A stretch of DNA of 64,000 nt, taken from the NCBI GenBank assembly GCA_029256085.1, contig JAQSYP010000003.1, positions 3,891 through 67,890 on the forward strand. The letters run 5' to 3'. This DNA is from Bacillales bacterium (GTDB lineage: Bacteria; Bacillota; Bacilli; CAJFEE01). Of this stretch, positions 48,882-59,657 are shown piece after piece. The notes beneath the pieces are model-generated. The model saw only the letters and a program-made list of their open reading frames with translations. It had not been told where the DNA came from and searched no databases. Position numbers and translations under genes: made by a program. Every line of letters begins with the position of its first letter. Positions within the stretch are counted from its first letter, which is position 1.

Positions 48882-50954
48882 TTATCGTATCAATTTTTTA
48901 AGACTGTCGAAAAAGCTTCCTTTTTTATGAGGTTCTTTCTCTTTTTTTTGTTTTTCGAGTTCGCTACCAGGGTGTACTTCACACGGTTCGGATGGTTCAG
49001 TACCAGCCTTAAAGTATACTAAACGTTTAAGTTTACAATTTTTTGTAGCTACTTTACCGTTAATTGGATCAATGTAAACACCAACTACATCTTTTGGTGG
49101 AGTAAATTCGGTAATTTTCTTGTCTCGATGAGTTTCTTCCATAATTTTAGCCCACAAGTTCCGAGATAATACTTTATCTCTAGCAAGCTCCAACAATTTT
49201 CCTTTATCGTATCCTACCCAAACACCTGTTACTAACTGTGGGGTATAACCTATCATCCAACTATCAGTATTAGTAGAACCTGATTTTCCAGCATATGGAC
49301 GGGACAACATTTTTGCAATACCAGCACCAGTTACAGGAGTATATGAATTTAAATTCGAATCAAACATTCCGGTCATTAAATGTGTTGTAACAAATGCTTC
49401 GGATGTTTTTAAAAGTTGCTTTCTATTAGCATTGTCATGATTATAAATTACGTTCCCTTTATTATCTTCAACACGCTCGATGAAATTGGGCTCGATTTCC
49501 TTACCACCATTTGCTATTATGCCGTAAGCATTTACCATATCTATTACTCTAACAGGTGATGTACCAAGGGCTAAACTTGGAACCTTTTGTAATGGTGAAT
49601 CAATGCCTAATTTTTTTGCAGTGTTAATTAATGTATCTTCACCTAAAAACAAATGAGTCTTAACAGCATAAACATTATCTGAAACAGCAATTGCCTGTGC
49701 CATTGTAATAAAATCATCTGCATAGTAGTTATTATAATTACTTGGCTTATAGGATTTGCCCTTTTCATCTACTAGAAAAGATGTATATTCACTTTTCATT
49801 GTTGTGGAAGGGGTAAATCCATTCTCTAGGGCAGCATAATATAATAACGGTTTCATAGTCGAACCAGGCTGTCTTATAGCTTGAGTCGCTCTATTGAATG
49901 GTGAAACCTTATAGTCTTTACCACCCATCAAAGCCCGAACGTTGCCTGTGGAAGGGTCTATTGATACAACAGCTAACTGAACTTCTGAGTCAACAGCAAC
50001 TTCCTGTTTTACGGTCTTTTCTACAATACTCTGTGCTTCTGTATTAAGAGTCGTATATACTCTTAAGCCGCCCTTTTCAATTTGTTCGCTATTGAGTTTC
50101 AATTTATTTGATAATTGTTTTTTTACTTCATCGATAAAGTAAGGTGCGAAGTAATTATCACGCTGCTTCTTTTTTACAAAAGTGAAAGGTTTATTTTTAG
50201 CGTTTTCAACCTCAGCTTTTGATATATATCCTTGGCTTTTCATCGTCTTTAAAACAAGATATTGACGTTCCTTAGACTTGTCAAAATTAATAAGCGGTGA
50301 AAAAACTGAAGGCCCTTTAGGTATGCCAACTAGTAAAGTCGCTTCACTAAGAGATAAATCTCTTGCGCTTTTACCAAAATAATACTGTGCAGCAGCTTCT
50401 ATTCCGTAGGCTCCATGACCAAAGTAGATCGTATTTAAATATCCTTCGATAATCCGCTTTTTTTCATAGTTTGCTTCTAATCTAAGGGTATAATAAGCCT
50501 CAGCAGCTTTCCTAAGCCATGACTTTTCATGAGTCAAATAGAGATTACGAGCGTATTGTTGAGTTATTGTACTTGCTCCTTGAACTTTAGCCATAGACTT
50601 TAAGTCAATTAAGATTGCTGCTCCAATTCTTTTTAAATCAAATCCATTATGTTGATAAAACCTCTTATCCTCTATAGCTACCGTAGCTTGAATAACCCAA
50701 GGTGAGATTTGCTCGAATGGAACCCAATAACGTTTCTGACCAAAGTGACTTTCACCAATTTTAGCTCCATCGCTCGAATAATAGACAGTGGATTGAGTTA
50801 CCGTAGTTTCTGGTGGGCCTTGGAATTTAACGATTGCATATATAGAAATTAATGAGAACATAACTATAATAGCTATTAAACTGTTTATTACAAAAGTATA
50901 GCGTAAGTATTTAGTTGTCTTCTTATTTAAGTTTCGATAACGCATTTTCCCCAC
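48882..50954 (-). CDS. pbpG: Class A penicillin-binding protein (sporulation PBP2d)
   Basis: EDKRFYQH.G, GASTITQQ, RQPGSTMKP, SDN, KSGS; synteny before speE. Confidence 0.88.
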   Translation of the reverse strand: MGKMRYRNLNKKTTKYLRYTFVINSLIAIIVMFSLISIYAIVKFQGPPETTVTQSTVYYSSDGAKIGESHFGQKRYWVPFEQISPWVIQATVAIEDKRFYQHNGFDLKRIGAAILIDLKSMAKVQGASTITQQYARNLYLTHEKSWLRKAAEAYYTLRLEANYEKKRIIEGYLNTIYFGHGAYGIEAAAQYYFGKSARDLSLSEATLLVGIPKGPSVFSPLINFDKSKERQYLVLKTMKSQGYISKAEVENAKNKPFTFVKKKQRDNYFAPYFIDEVKKQLSNKLKLNSEQIEKGGLRVYTTLNTEAQSIVEKTVKQEVAVDSEVQLAVVSIDPSTGNVRALMGGKDYKVSPFNRATQAIRQPGSTMKPLLYYAALENGFTPSTTMKSEYTSFLVDEKGKSYKPSNYNNYYADDFITMAQAIAVSDNVYAVKTHLFLGEDTLINTAKKLGIDSPLQKVPSLALGTSPVRVIDMVNAYGIIANGGKEIEPNFIERVEDNKGNVIYNHDNANRKQLLKTSEAFVTTHLMTGMFDSNLNSYTPVTGAGIAKMLSRPYAGKSGSTNTDSWMIGYTPQLVTGVWVGYDKGKLLELARDKVLSRNLWAKIMEETHRDKKITEFTPPKDVVGVYIDPINGKVATKNCKLKRLVYFKAGTEPSEPCEVHPGSELEKQKKEKEPHKKGSFFDSLKKLIR

Positions 50955-50978
50955 CTAATTAGTTTGAATTTTATTAAT

Positions 50979-51008
50979 TAGTATGGATTTTTATCAAGAT
51001 TCTTAAAC
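50979..51008 (-). promoter_or_regulatory. SigF/SigG-type promoter of pbpG
   Basis: GTTTA-N18-CATACTA on minus strand. Confidence 0.55.
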
Positions 51009-51139
51009 ACTAGCTTTAGTAATTAAATATTTTTATTGCATTTTTGCTAGTTTTTTATATACTTGAATTTGTGTTTGTAATTGTCGAAAATTAGGACAAT
51101 CTAAATATATATACTTTTTAAATGAAGGGAAGTAACATT

Positions 51140-51967
51140 ATGGAATTATGGTTTACTGAAAAACAAACAAAGAGCTTTGGAATAACAGCAAAGATAAACA
51201 AAACTTTACATACGGAACAAACAGAATTTCAAAAATTAGATATGGTTGAAACTGAAGAATTCGGAAACATGTTAATACTTGATGGAATGGTTATGACTAC
51301 TCAAAAAGATGAGTTTGTATATCATGAGATGGTTGCTCACATTCCTTTATTTACGCATCCGAACCCTGAGAATGTACTAGTAGTTGGTGGGGGAGATGGA
51401 GGAGTAATTCGTGAAGTATTGAAGCACCCTTCTGTTAAAAAAGCTACATTAGTAGAAATTGATGGAAAAGTTATCGAGTATTCAAAGATATATTTACCTG
51501 AAATCGCAGGAGAATTAGAAAACCCACGTGTAGATGTAAAAGTTGACGATGGTTTCATGCATATTGCTCAGAGTGAAAACGTTTATGACGTAATTATGGT
51601 AGACTCTACAGAACCAGTTGGACCAGCTGTTAACTTATTCACAAAAGGTTTCTATGCAGGGATTTCAAAAGCACTTAAAGAAGATGGTATCTTTGTAGCA
51701 CAAACTGATAATCCTTGGTTTACTCCAGAATTAATTACTAATGTTCAAAGTGATGTGAAAGAAATTTTCCCAATCGTAAAGCTATACATAGCTAACATTC
51801 CAACATATCCAAGTGGTATGTGGACTTTCACATTAGGATCTAAAAAACACGATCCATTAGAAGTAGCAGAAGAACGTTTCCATGAAATTGAAACTAAGTA
51901 TTACACTAAAGAGCTTCATAAAGCTGCTTTCGTATTACCAAAATTCGTACAAGACTTAATTAAATAA
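51140..51967 (+). CDS. speE: Spermidine synthase
   Basis: [30 protein letters not shown]. Confidence 0.95.
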   Translation: MELWFTEKQTKSFGITAKINKTLHTEQTEFQKLDMVETEEFGNMLILDGMVMTTQKDEFVYHEMVAHIPLFTHPNPENVLVVGGGDGGVIREVLKHPSVKKATLVEIDGKVIEYSKIYLPEIAGELENPRVDVKVDDGFMHIAQSENVYDVIMVDSTEPVGPAVNLFTKGFYAGISKALKEDGIFVAQTDNPWFTPELITNVQSDVKEIFPIVKLYIANIPTYPSGMWTFTLGSKKHDPLEVAEERFHEIETKYYTKELHKAAFVLPKFVQDLIK

Positions 51968-51980
51968 GGTGGTGCATAGC

Positions 51981-52853
51981 ATGCGTTTTGATGAAGCGTA
52001 TTCAGGGAATGTATTTATAAAAAGTCATCCTAATTATGAAGAAAGCCAAGCTGTAATTTACGGTATGCCTATGGATTGGACGGTCAGCTTTAGACCAGGA
52101 TCTAGATTCGGTCCAGCTCGTATACGTGAAGTTTCTTTAGGATTAGAAGAATATAGCCCATACTTTGATAAAGAACTTGAGGATGTAAAATACTTTGATG
52201 CGGGTGACATACCATTACCTTTTGGAAATCCCCAAAGAAGTTTAGATGAAATAGAACAGTTTGTAACTAAGATAATTGAAGATGGTAAATTTCCTTTAGG
52301 TCTTGGTGGAGAGCATTTATGTGCTTGGCCAGTAATTAAGGCTATGGCAAAAAAACACCCTAACCTAGCTGTAATCCATATGGATGCTCATGCTGATTTA
52401 CGAGAGCAATATGAAGGCGAGCCGTTATCACATTCAACTCCTATTCGTAAGGCATGTAACCTACTCGGTCCTGAAAATGTTTACTCATTTGGTATTCGTT
52501 CAGGAATGAAGGAAGAATTCGACTATGCAAAAGAAGCGGGAATGTTTTTAGCAAAATTTGAAGTACTAAAGCCACTATTAGAAGTGCTTCCGACTCTAAA
52601 AGGTCGTCCTGTGTACGTAACAATTGATATCGATGTTCTTGACCCTGCACATGCACCAGGAACTGGCACTGCAGAAGCGGGTGGAATAACATCTAAAGAA
52701 TTATTAGACTCAATCATGGCAATTGCTAATTCAGATGTTAATGTTGTTGGGTGTGACTTAGTAGAAGTTGCTCCAATTTACGATTCTTCAGAACAAACAC
52801 AAATTGCGGCAAGCAAATTTGTTCGTGAAATGTTATTAGGTTGGGTAAAATAA
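51981..52853 (+). CDS. speB: Agmatinase
   Basis: RPGSRFGP, GGEH, DAHADL, DIDVLDP.HAPGTGT, VEVAP. Confidence 0.95.
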   Translation: MRFDEAYSGNVFIKSHPNYEESQAVIYGMPMDWTVSFRPGSRFGPARIREVSLGLEEYSPYFDKELEDVKYFDAGDIPLPFGNPQRSLDEIEQFVTKIIEDGKFPLGLGGEHLCAWPVIKAMAKKHPNLAVIHMDAHADLREQYEGEPLSHSTPIRKACNLLGPENVYSFGIRSGMKEEFDYAKEAGMFLAKFEVLKPLLEVLPTLKGRPVYVTIDIDVLDPAHAPGTGTAEAGGITSKELLDSIMAIANSDVNVVGCDLVEVAPIYDSSEQTQIAASKFVREMLLGWVK

Positions 52854-52910
52854 TATAAAATAAAGAAGCTAGACCTTAATGGTTTAGCTTTTTAAATTAT
52901 TAAAATCATA

Positions 52911-53028
52911 GAAACTGCTCGCTTTCCGCGGGCACGGCCTCAGGCTATTTTTGCAAGTAAACTTGCAAAAATGGATTTTCGGCTCGTGCTGTTCCCGCTG
53001 GCGAAATGCATGCATTTCGAGCAGTTTC
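52911..53028 (+). repeat. REP-like module B1, full copy (118 bp)
   Basis: Terminal inverted repeat GAAACTGCTCG/CGAGCAGTTTC, internal hairpin TTTTTGCAAGT-AA-ACTTGCAAAAA; near-identical to reverse complement of 59916-60033. Confidence 0.9.
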
Positions 53029-53103
53029 CAACTTCATGTATAGTAACTTTTCTATCTTAAAAAACTTGGCTTTGCCAAGTTTATTTTTGGAGGATAAAAA
53101 TCA

Positions 53104-53532
53104 ATGGATTTTAAATATCAGAATGTACCAATAAAAACTATAAACAATATAATAAACGTTAATAATGAACGACAGACTTTCGTAGTAGATACATTTGGCA
53201 GTGTATATTACAAAAATGGTTCTTATTTCTTATTTTTTGTTGAAGAGTACAAAGGAAACAAAATCGAAGTTAATTTCAAAGCAAATATAGAAAAGAATTC
53301 ATTTACTCTAAAAAGAAGTGGATCATTTAAAATGAACCATATATTTATAGATGGAGAAAAGACAACTAGCGAATACATAACTGAATATGCTGTTTTTAAA
53401 TACACAACAAGTAATTGCACAGTTGAATTTAATAATGGAAATGAATTTAGAATGAATTATAGCCTTGAACTGAACGATGATTTTATAGGAAAATATGAAA
53501 CAATAATTAAATTTGATATTAAGGTACATTAG
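53104..53532 (+). CDS. DUF1934 protein (YwiB-like, divergent)
   Basis: G..YYKN..Y.L.F.EE, L.R.G..KM..IF..G..T...Y.T.Y; synteny after speB. Confidence 0.72.
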   Translation: MDFKYQNVPIKTINNIINVNNERQTFVVDTFGSVYYKNGSYFLFFVEEYKGNKIEVNFKANIEKNSFTLKRSGSFKMNHIFIDGEKTTSEYITEYAVFKYTTSNCTVEFNNGNEFRMNYSLELNDDFIGKYETIIKFDIKVH

Positions 53533-53585
53533 ACAAGGCTGAACGGATACACTATTACATAGTAGCATTTATGTAGGAGGAAAAT

Positions 53586-53765
53586 ATGGTACAGACTATA
53601 CTAGCGTTGTTAGCCGGAACGATTGTCGGTTTTTTATTTTCTCTAATTAAATTACCATTACCTGCTCCACCTAACTTAGCAGGACTAGCTGGAGTTGCAG
53701 GTGTACTCTTAGGTTATAAAGTTTATGAGTGGCTAATACCCTTTTTAAAAGAAGTTTTTAAATAA
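53586..53765 (+). CDS. XapX-domain (DUF1427) small membrane protein (59 aa; not in ORF track)
   Basis: AGGAGG RBS; MVQTILALLAGTIVGFLFSLIKLPLPAPPNLAGLAGVAGVLLGY. Confidence 0.85.
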   Translation: MVQTILALLAGTIVGFLFSLIKLPLPAPPNLAGLAGVAGVLLGYKVYEWLIPFLKEVFK

Positions 53766-53879
53766 TTTAATATGTGCAAAATTTCTGCACAATTATGATT
53801 TATATTTATCTTACAAACCTTAAACCTAAACCTTTTTCTGTGGATCTTAATTGAACCACAGATTTTTTCTTTTTATAGA

Positions 53880-54833
53880 CTATTTTATTTCTAAAGTTGC
53901 TCCACCGGTTCGCTTAATTCCTCTGACTTTACTTAAATCATCGATTAACTTTAAGGCTGCTATATCCTTAAGTTTGGCTTCTACCATGAAATCAATATCT
54001 ATCCCGATCTTTTTCACAGCGTCAATTAGAGGCATAATAAACCCTAAATCAACCAAATCAGAATGAGCTCTATAATCTTTATCTGACTTAGGTGATGAAA
54101 TATGTATTTTCGGAGGTAAACCGAATTTATTCCATGTATCAGCCTGTGACTTGATAATTTCTTCAAGGCTGATTAGACACGGATTAGCGATATGATGGTG
54201 ATAATCAAAGGCAAACTTAAAATTATATTTTTTACATACATCAAGCGTTTCTAAGGCTGTATAAGTTTTATCGTCATTCTCAAAAGTTAATATATTTCTA
54301 ATATCATTAGGTATTAGCTCAATATTACTGCTGAATCTTTCTAATGCAGAAGTTTTATCTCCGTATGCACCACCAACATGGATGTTAATTGTTCCATTAC
54401 TAATTTCCATGGCCTCTAATAAATTAAAATGATACTCTAAATCACGAACAGCATTTTCGGTAATATGTTTCTTATCACTAGTGAATAGTGTAAATTGATT
54501 AGGATGAAAGCTAGATCTTAAATTAAAAACTTTAACAAGCCTTCCGAGTTCGGTCCACTCGTCTTTAAACTCACTTAAATAATCAAAGTTAACCTCAGGG
54601 TGTGTGGCTAACGGTACAATTGATGAAGAGAAACGATAAACAAAAATTTCGTGTGCTATGTTAAAGGATAGAATTCGATACGTATTTCTAATATTTGTTA
54701 GAGTTGTTTCTCGTAACTTCTCGAATCTAACATTTTTATCCATATCTTTCCATCTAGTAAAAGTAAGGCTTTTTGCAGGAGTAGAGTTCCATAAATTCAG
54801 CGCTGTAGAAACGTATCCAATTCTAATTCTCAT
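53880..54833 (-). CDS. uvsE: UV DNA damage endonuclease
   Basis: RFSSSIVPLATH, SFHPNQF, IHVGG.YG.K, ENDD, FDYHHH, KIHISS, AHSD, VEAK. Confidence 0.93.
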   Translation of the reverse strand: MRIRIGYVSTALNLWNSTPAKSLTFTRWKDMDKNVRFEKLRETTLTNIRNTYRILSFNIAHEIFVYRFSSSIVPLATHPEVNFDYLSEFKDEWTELGRLVKVFNLRSSFHPNQFTLFTSDKKHITENAVRDLEYHFNLLEAMEISNGTINIHVGGAYGDKTSALERFSSNIELIPNDIRNILTFENDDKTYTALETLDVCKKYNFKFAFDYHHHIANPCLISLEEIIKSQADTWNKFGLPPKIHISSPKSDKDYRAHSDLVDLGFIMPLIDAVKKIGIDIDFMVEAKLKDIAALKLIDDLSKVRGIKRTGGATLEIK

Positions 54834-54842
54834 ATGATACCT

Positions 54843-56036
54843 CTATAAGAAAGGTGCAAGTACATAACCGATTACTTCCTTTGCGAATTCAATAAAGTTT
54901 TTAGGTTTTATATGCTCTTTTTTAACTTTCATACTTTCTTCTAAATCAACTTCAATTGCTTGGCGAATGACTTTGGAAAATTCAGTATCCTCAATAATAC
55001 AATTTATTTCATTATTTGAATAAAGACTACGTAAATCAAAATTAGCAGTACCTACGTCACAGACGTTATCATCTAATACAAGAACCTTGGCATGGATAAA
55101 CCCTTTTTTGTAAAAGTAAATTTCGCATCCATGTTTCATTAATCTTCGATAGTAAATATAGGCAGCTTCATGCACATATTTATGGTCTTGTCTTAGAGGT
55201 GTTAACAAGACAACTTTTACCCCTCTTTTTAAAGCTGAAATAATCGCTCTGTTAACTTTTCTTCCAGGTACATAGTAAGGTGTTGCTATATAAAGCTCCT
55301 TCTCGGCTTTATTAACTAACTCGATCACGGTATGTAATAAGTAGGCCCCTTCTGTTGGAACGAGTCTATGTTTGCTTTCAAGCTTTTTTAACTTTGGATA
55401 ATACAAATAGTTATCATTAATTTTAGTTTTAGTATTCATTTCCCAATCAACAAAAAACTGTTTCTGTAAATCTTGTACTCCTTCACCAATCATTCTTAAA
55501 TGATAGTCCCTCCAGAATCCAAGCTTCTCATCAAGACCTAAATATTCATCACCAACATTAAAACCACCTATATAACCTATTTCACCATCAATTACAAAAA
55601 TTTTACGGTGATTTCGTTTGTTATACGAATAGAAAAAAAGTGGCCATTTGGGCTTATTACTATAATCGAATTCAACCCCATTATCATTTAACATTTGTAT
55701 TTGGTCTTTGGTAAAATCTCTTCCACCAACTTTATCTAAAAGGATTCTAACTTTTACGCCTTGTCTAGATTTTAAACAAATTAAGTTTAGAAACTCAGCA
55801 CTGATATTATCATCTCTAATTATAAAAATAAGAATGTGAATATGGTCCTTAGCATTTCTTATATCATCAAAAAATTTTTTAAAAAGATCATGTCCTTCAG
55901 TTATCAGTTCAAATGAACTAAAACGTTCCGGATACAATAATCTCTTAGACTTTCTTAAAAAAAGAAATCTACCTATTTTTAAATCAATACTGACCCATAA
56001 GAGTAGAAGAAATATTATTCCTAACACATAGAACAT
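54843..56036 (-). CDS. cls: Cardiolipin synthase (YwjE-like)
   Basis: Two HKD motifs: RNHRKIFVIDG and HAKVLVLDD. Confidence 0.9.
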   Translation of the reverse strand: MFYVLGIIFLLLLWVSIDLKIGRFLFLRKSKRLLYPERFSSFELITEGHDLFKKFFDDIRNAKDHIHILIFIIRDDNISAEFLNLICLKSRQGVKVRILLDKVGGRDFTKDQIQMLNDNGVEFDYSNKPKWPLFFYSYNKRNHRKIFVIDGEIGYIGGFNVGDEYLGLDEKLGFWRDYHLRMIGEGVQDLQKQFFVDWEMNTKTKINDNYLYYPKLKKLESKHRLVPTEGAYLLHTVIELVNKAEKELYIATPYYVPGRKVNRAIISALKRGVKVVLLTPLRQDHKYVHEAAYIYYRRLMKHGCEIYFYKKGFIHAKVLVLDDNVCDVGTANFDLRSLYSNNEINCIIEDTEFSKVIRQAIEVDLEESMKVKKEHIKPKNFIEFAKEVIGYVLAPFL

Positions 56037-56061
56037 TAATAGTCCCCCTTTGACTTAATAT

Positions 56062-56090
56062 TATTTTCCCAAGAAACAATTGTTTTAGAC
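56062..56090 (-). promoter_or_regulatory. SigF-type promoter of cls-uvsE
   Basis: GTCTA-N15-GGGAAAATA on minus strand. Confidence 0.5.
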
Positions 56091-56178
56091 ATAAGTATTT
56101 TTTTTAGGAAAATATTGATTTATTTTTTATTAAGACTGAATAGTATTTAGATAGAGAATAGAGGGGGAGTTGTTTACT

Positions 56179-58272
56179 ATGAGTTTTTATCTACTCATAA
56201 ATAACGTTATTTTTACTATACTAACTGCTTATGCAATATTTTTATTTTCGTATCTCATATTGACAAGGTACAAGTACATACAAGTTGGAGTCCCGATAAC
56301 ATCTGAAAGTAGTACGATAACAAAATTAAAAAATCTTTTTATATATGTATTTGGACAGGAAAAGCTTTTTAAAGATAGTAAAAGTGGAGTATTACATTTT
56401 TTACTGTTTTATGGATTTATAATAATACAATTTGGAGCAATAGATTTTATTTGGAAGGGATTGTCCCCTGGTGGACATTTACCATTAGGGAGTTATTATG
56501 GTCCATTTTCAACTATTCAAGAGGTTGTTGCGCTCTTAATTTTATTTGGAGTTGGTTGGGCTTATTATAGAAGATATATTGAAAAGGTTCCTAGACTTAA
56601 AAGAAATTTAAAAGCAGCAGTCGTCTTAATACTAATATCTACATTGATGATTAGTGTTATTTTCGGTAATGCCTTTGATGCAGTATGGCATAGTAAACAA
56701 ATGACTAATAATGAACCGATAACAGAAGCAATTTCGGAATTTTTTTCGTTTTTATCACCAAAGCGTTCAATGATTTTCTTTTATATATTTTGGTGGATAC
56801 ATACTTTGGCACTTTTAACTTTTCTTGTATACATACCACAAGGCAAGCATGCACATTTAGTTGCAGCACCTTTAAATGTGTTGCTAACAAGAAAACGTGC
56901 TAACACTTTAGAAAAAATAGACTTTGAACAAGATGACATTGATACTTTTGGTGTTGGAAAAATTGAAGAGTATAACCAAAAGCAATTGTTGGATTTATAC
57001 GCTTGTGTTGAATGTGGAAGGTGTACTAGTATGTGCCCTGCGGCAGCAACCGGTAAGAAACTTTCTCCAATGGATGTAATTATAAAACTTCGTGATCACC
57101 TTAATAATAAAGGGGCAGCATTAACGTCCAAAAAACCATGGGTGCCAAGTTATTTATTAAATAATACGAAGGGCAATCAACTTGCAACCTCAAGCAATGA
57201 TGATGATTTATATAATGAAATACTAAATCAAGAGCTAGCTGGCGATGTAATTTCAGAAGATGAGATTTGGCAATGTACAACTTGCAAAAGTTGTGAGGAT
57301 CAATGCCCAGTATTAAATGAGCATATTGATAAAATAATCGATTTAAGAAGGTATCTTGTAATGACGGAAGGAAATCTGCCACATGAAGCCCAAAGAACTC
57401 TTACTAATATTGAAAGACAATATAATCCTTGGGGAGTCTCAAGAAAAGAAAAGCTTAATTGGGTAAATGATCTTAATGATGTTAATGATATCGAATTAAA
57501 AACTGCAAGAGACTTGAGAAAAGAAGGCAAAAGTTTTGAATACTTACTCTGGGTCGGAAGTATGGGTTCGTATGATGAACGAAGCATGAAAATTACTAAA
57601 TCAATTATAAAGTTATTTAATATAGCACAAGTTGATTTTGCAATTTTAGGAAATGAGGAATTAAGTTCAGGTGATACTGCTAGAAGACTCGGAAATGAAT
57701 TTTTATTCCAAGAACTTGCTCAAAAAAATATAGAAATATTTAAAAAGTACTCTGTTAAGAAAATCATAACTTTTGACCCGCATGCGTTTAATATTTTTCT
57801 TAACGAATATAAAGATTTTGGTTTAGATATAGAAGTTTCACATCATACAACGTTTCTAAAAGAATTAATCGCCGAAGGAAAAATAGTTTTAGATAATGTA
57901 ATTCATCACAATGTAGCATTTCATGATTCTTGTTATTTAGGTCGGTATAATAACACTTTTGACGAGCCGCGATATATATTACGTGAAATCCCGGGCGTAA
58001 GACTTTTCGAAGCAAGTAGGAATATGTGTGATTCTATGTGTTGTGGTGCAGGTGGCGGCATGATGTGGATCGAGGAAAAAGAAGGCAAACGGATTAATGT
58101 TGAAAGGGTTGAGCAACTTTTAAAGGAAAGTGTATCTGCAATTGCAACTGCATGTCCATATTGCCTAACGATGCTTGAAGATGGAACAAAATCGATTAAT
58201 AAAGAAGACTCAATTGAAGTTTATGACATAGCAGAATTAATCCTAGAATCTTGTTACAAGAGTGATAAGTAA
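56179..58272 (+). CDS. fadF: Membrane Fe-S oxidoreductase FadF (heterodisulfide reductase-like)
   Basis: N-terminal TM segments, CVECGRCTSMCP and CTTCKSCEDQCP, CCG domain (HDSC.LGR, CCGAGGG, TACPYC). Confidence 0.88.
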   Translation: MSFYLLINNVIFTILTAYAIFLFSYLILTRYKYIQVGVPITSESSTITKLKNLFIYVFGQEKLFKDSKSGVLHFLLFYGFIIIQFGAIDFIWKGLSPGGHLPLGSYYGPFSTIQEVVALLILFGVGWAYYRRYIEKVPRLKRNLKAAVVLILISTLMISVIFGNAFDAVWHSKQMTNNEPITEAISEFFSFLSPKRSMIFFYIFWWIHTLALLTFLVYIPQGKHAHLVAAPLNVLLTRKRANTLEKIDFEQDDIDTFGVGKIEEYNQKQLLDLYACVECGRCTSMCPAAATGKKLSPMDVIIKLRDHLNNKGAALTSKKPWVPSYLLNNTKGNQLATSSNDDDLYNEILNQELAGDVISEDEIWQCTTCKSCEDQCPVLNEHIDKIIDLRRYLVMTEGNLPHEAQRTLTNIERQYNPWGVSRKEKLNWVNDLNDVNDIELKTARDLRKEGKSFEYLLWVGSMGSYDERSMKITKSIIKLFNIAQVDFAILGNEELSSGDTARRLGNEFLFQELAQKNIEIFKKYSVKKIITFDPHAFNIFLNEYKDFGLDIEVSHHTTFLKELIAEGKIVLDNVIHHNVAFHDSCYLGRYNNTFDEPRYILREIPGVRLFEASRNMCDSMCCGAGGGMMWIEEKEGKRINVERVEQLLKESVSAIATACPYCLTMLEDGTKSINKEDSIEVYDIAELILESCYKSDK

Positions 58273-58376
58273 GCTCCCAATCAAAATTTTTATCATAGAG
58301 CATAAGCATCGTACATACGATGTTAAAGGAATAAATTTAGCTTGTCCTTTAACATAATTTTGAGGGGGAACCGATT

Positions 58377-59555
58377 TTGAAAAAGACTGTAATCGTTAGC
58401 GGAGCAAGAACACCTTTTGGTAAATTTGGAGGAGGGTTAAGCTCATTTACAGCTTCGCAGCTCGGAGGTATGGCAATAAAAGAAGCTTTAAATAGGGCTA
58501 ACATTGAAGCAGATATTGTTGATGAGGTTATCATTGGAAATGTACTTCAAGGAGGACAAGGGCAATTACCATCAAGACAAGCGATGCGATTTGCAGAACT
58601 ACCTTGGAAAGTTAAAACTAAAACACTAAATAAAGTATGTGCTTCAGGAATGTTGAGCGTAATAACAGCGCATCAGCAAATTCAACTTGGCGAAGATGAA
58701 GTAATTATTGCCGGTGGAATGGAAAGTATGAGTAACGCTCCATATTACATGCCTAAGGCAAGATTTGGCGCAAGAATGGGACACACCACATTAGACGATG
58801 CTCTAATATCAGATGGCTTAACATGCTCATTTACGGGAGTGCACATGGGAGAGTATGGTGATTTAACAGCCAATGATTTAAATATCTCAAGAGAAGAACA
58901 AGATAGATGGGCATTGAGAAGCCATGATTTAGCGCTTAAATCACAAGAAGAAGGTTTCTTTAGTTCCGAGATTTTTCCAGTTCCTGTTAAACAGAAAAAA
59001 GGTGATCCACTGTTAATTGTAAGTGATGAAAGTCCAAGAGCTGATACCAACCTAAGCAAATTATCAAATTTGAAAGCAGCTTTTTCAAAAGATGGTACTA
59101 TAACCGCTGGAAATGCACCTGGAATAAATGATGGTGCAGTTGCAATAGTTTTAATGAGTGAAGATAAGGCAGTAGAATTGGGACAGAAGCCATTAGCAAC
59201 AGTTGTAGCACATGCAGCAGTATCAGTTGAGGCTAAAGATTTTCCCAAGACACCAGGGATCGTAATTAATGAACTATTAAAGAAAACTAATAAGACAGTT
59301 GATGATATAGATATTTTTGAGATAAATGAGGCATTTTCCGCTGTTGCTTTAGCAAGTGCGAAGATTTCAGGGATTCCACACGAAAAAATCAACGTTAATG
59401 GTGGCGCCGTTGCTTTGGGGCATCCGATAGGGGCTAGTGGGGCAAGAATTATACTGACTATGATATATGAATTGCAGCGACGTGGTGGTGGAGTAGGGAT
59501 TGCTGCAATTTGTAGTGGTGGCGGTCAAGGTGATGCAGTAATGATTGAAGTCTAA
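58377..59555 (+). CDS. Acetyl-CoA C-acetyltransferase (thiolase)
   Basis: RTPFG.FGG, NKVCASG, NEAF, GHPIGASG, CSGGGQG. Confidence 0.93.
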   Translation: MKKTVIVSGARTPFGKFGGGLSSFTASQLGGMAIKEALNRANIEADIVDEVIIGNVLQGGQGQLPSRQAMRFAELPWKVKTKTLNKVCASGMLSVITAHQQIQLGEDEVIIAGGMESMSNAPYYMPKARFGARMGHTTLDDALISDGLTCSFTGVHMGEYGDLTANDLNISREEQDRWALRSHDLALKSQEEGFFSSEIFPVPVKQKKGDPLLIVSDESPRADTNLSKLSNLKAAFSKDGTITAGNAPGINDGAVAIVLMSEDKAVELGQKPLATVVAHAAVSVEAKDFPKTPGIVINELLKKTNKTVDDIDIFEINEAFSAVALASAKISGIPHEKINVNGGAVALGHPIGASGARIILTMIYELQRRGGGVGIAAICSGGGQGDAVMIEV

Positions 59556-59657
59556 CATCAAAGATTATTAATTTAATTAGATTTGTAGAGGGTGTTCAAG
59601 TCTTGATGAGACTTTTGATACCCTCTTTATTAAAAGTATGAAAATACTATTATTACA

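Noticed and set aside
48614..48901. 95-aa ORF between ywhC and pbpG
   Set aside because: It starts in a terminator loop and reads through repeat A antisense
58745..59392. 215-aa antisense ORF in the thiolase, and similar antisense ORFs throughout the track
   Set aside because: Codon-mirror shadows of real genes with no RBS or motifs
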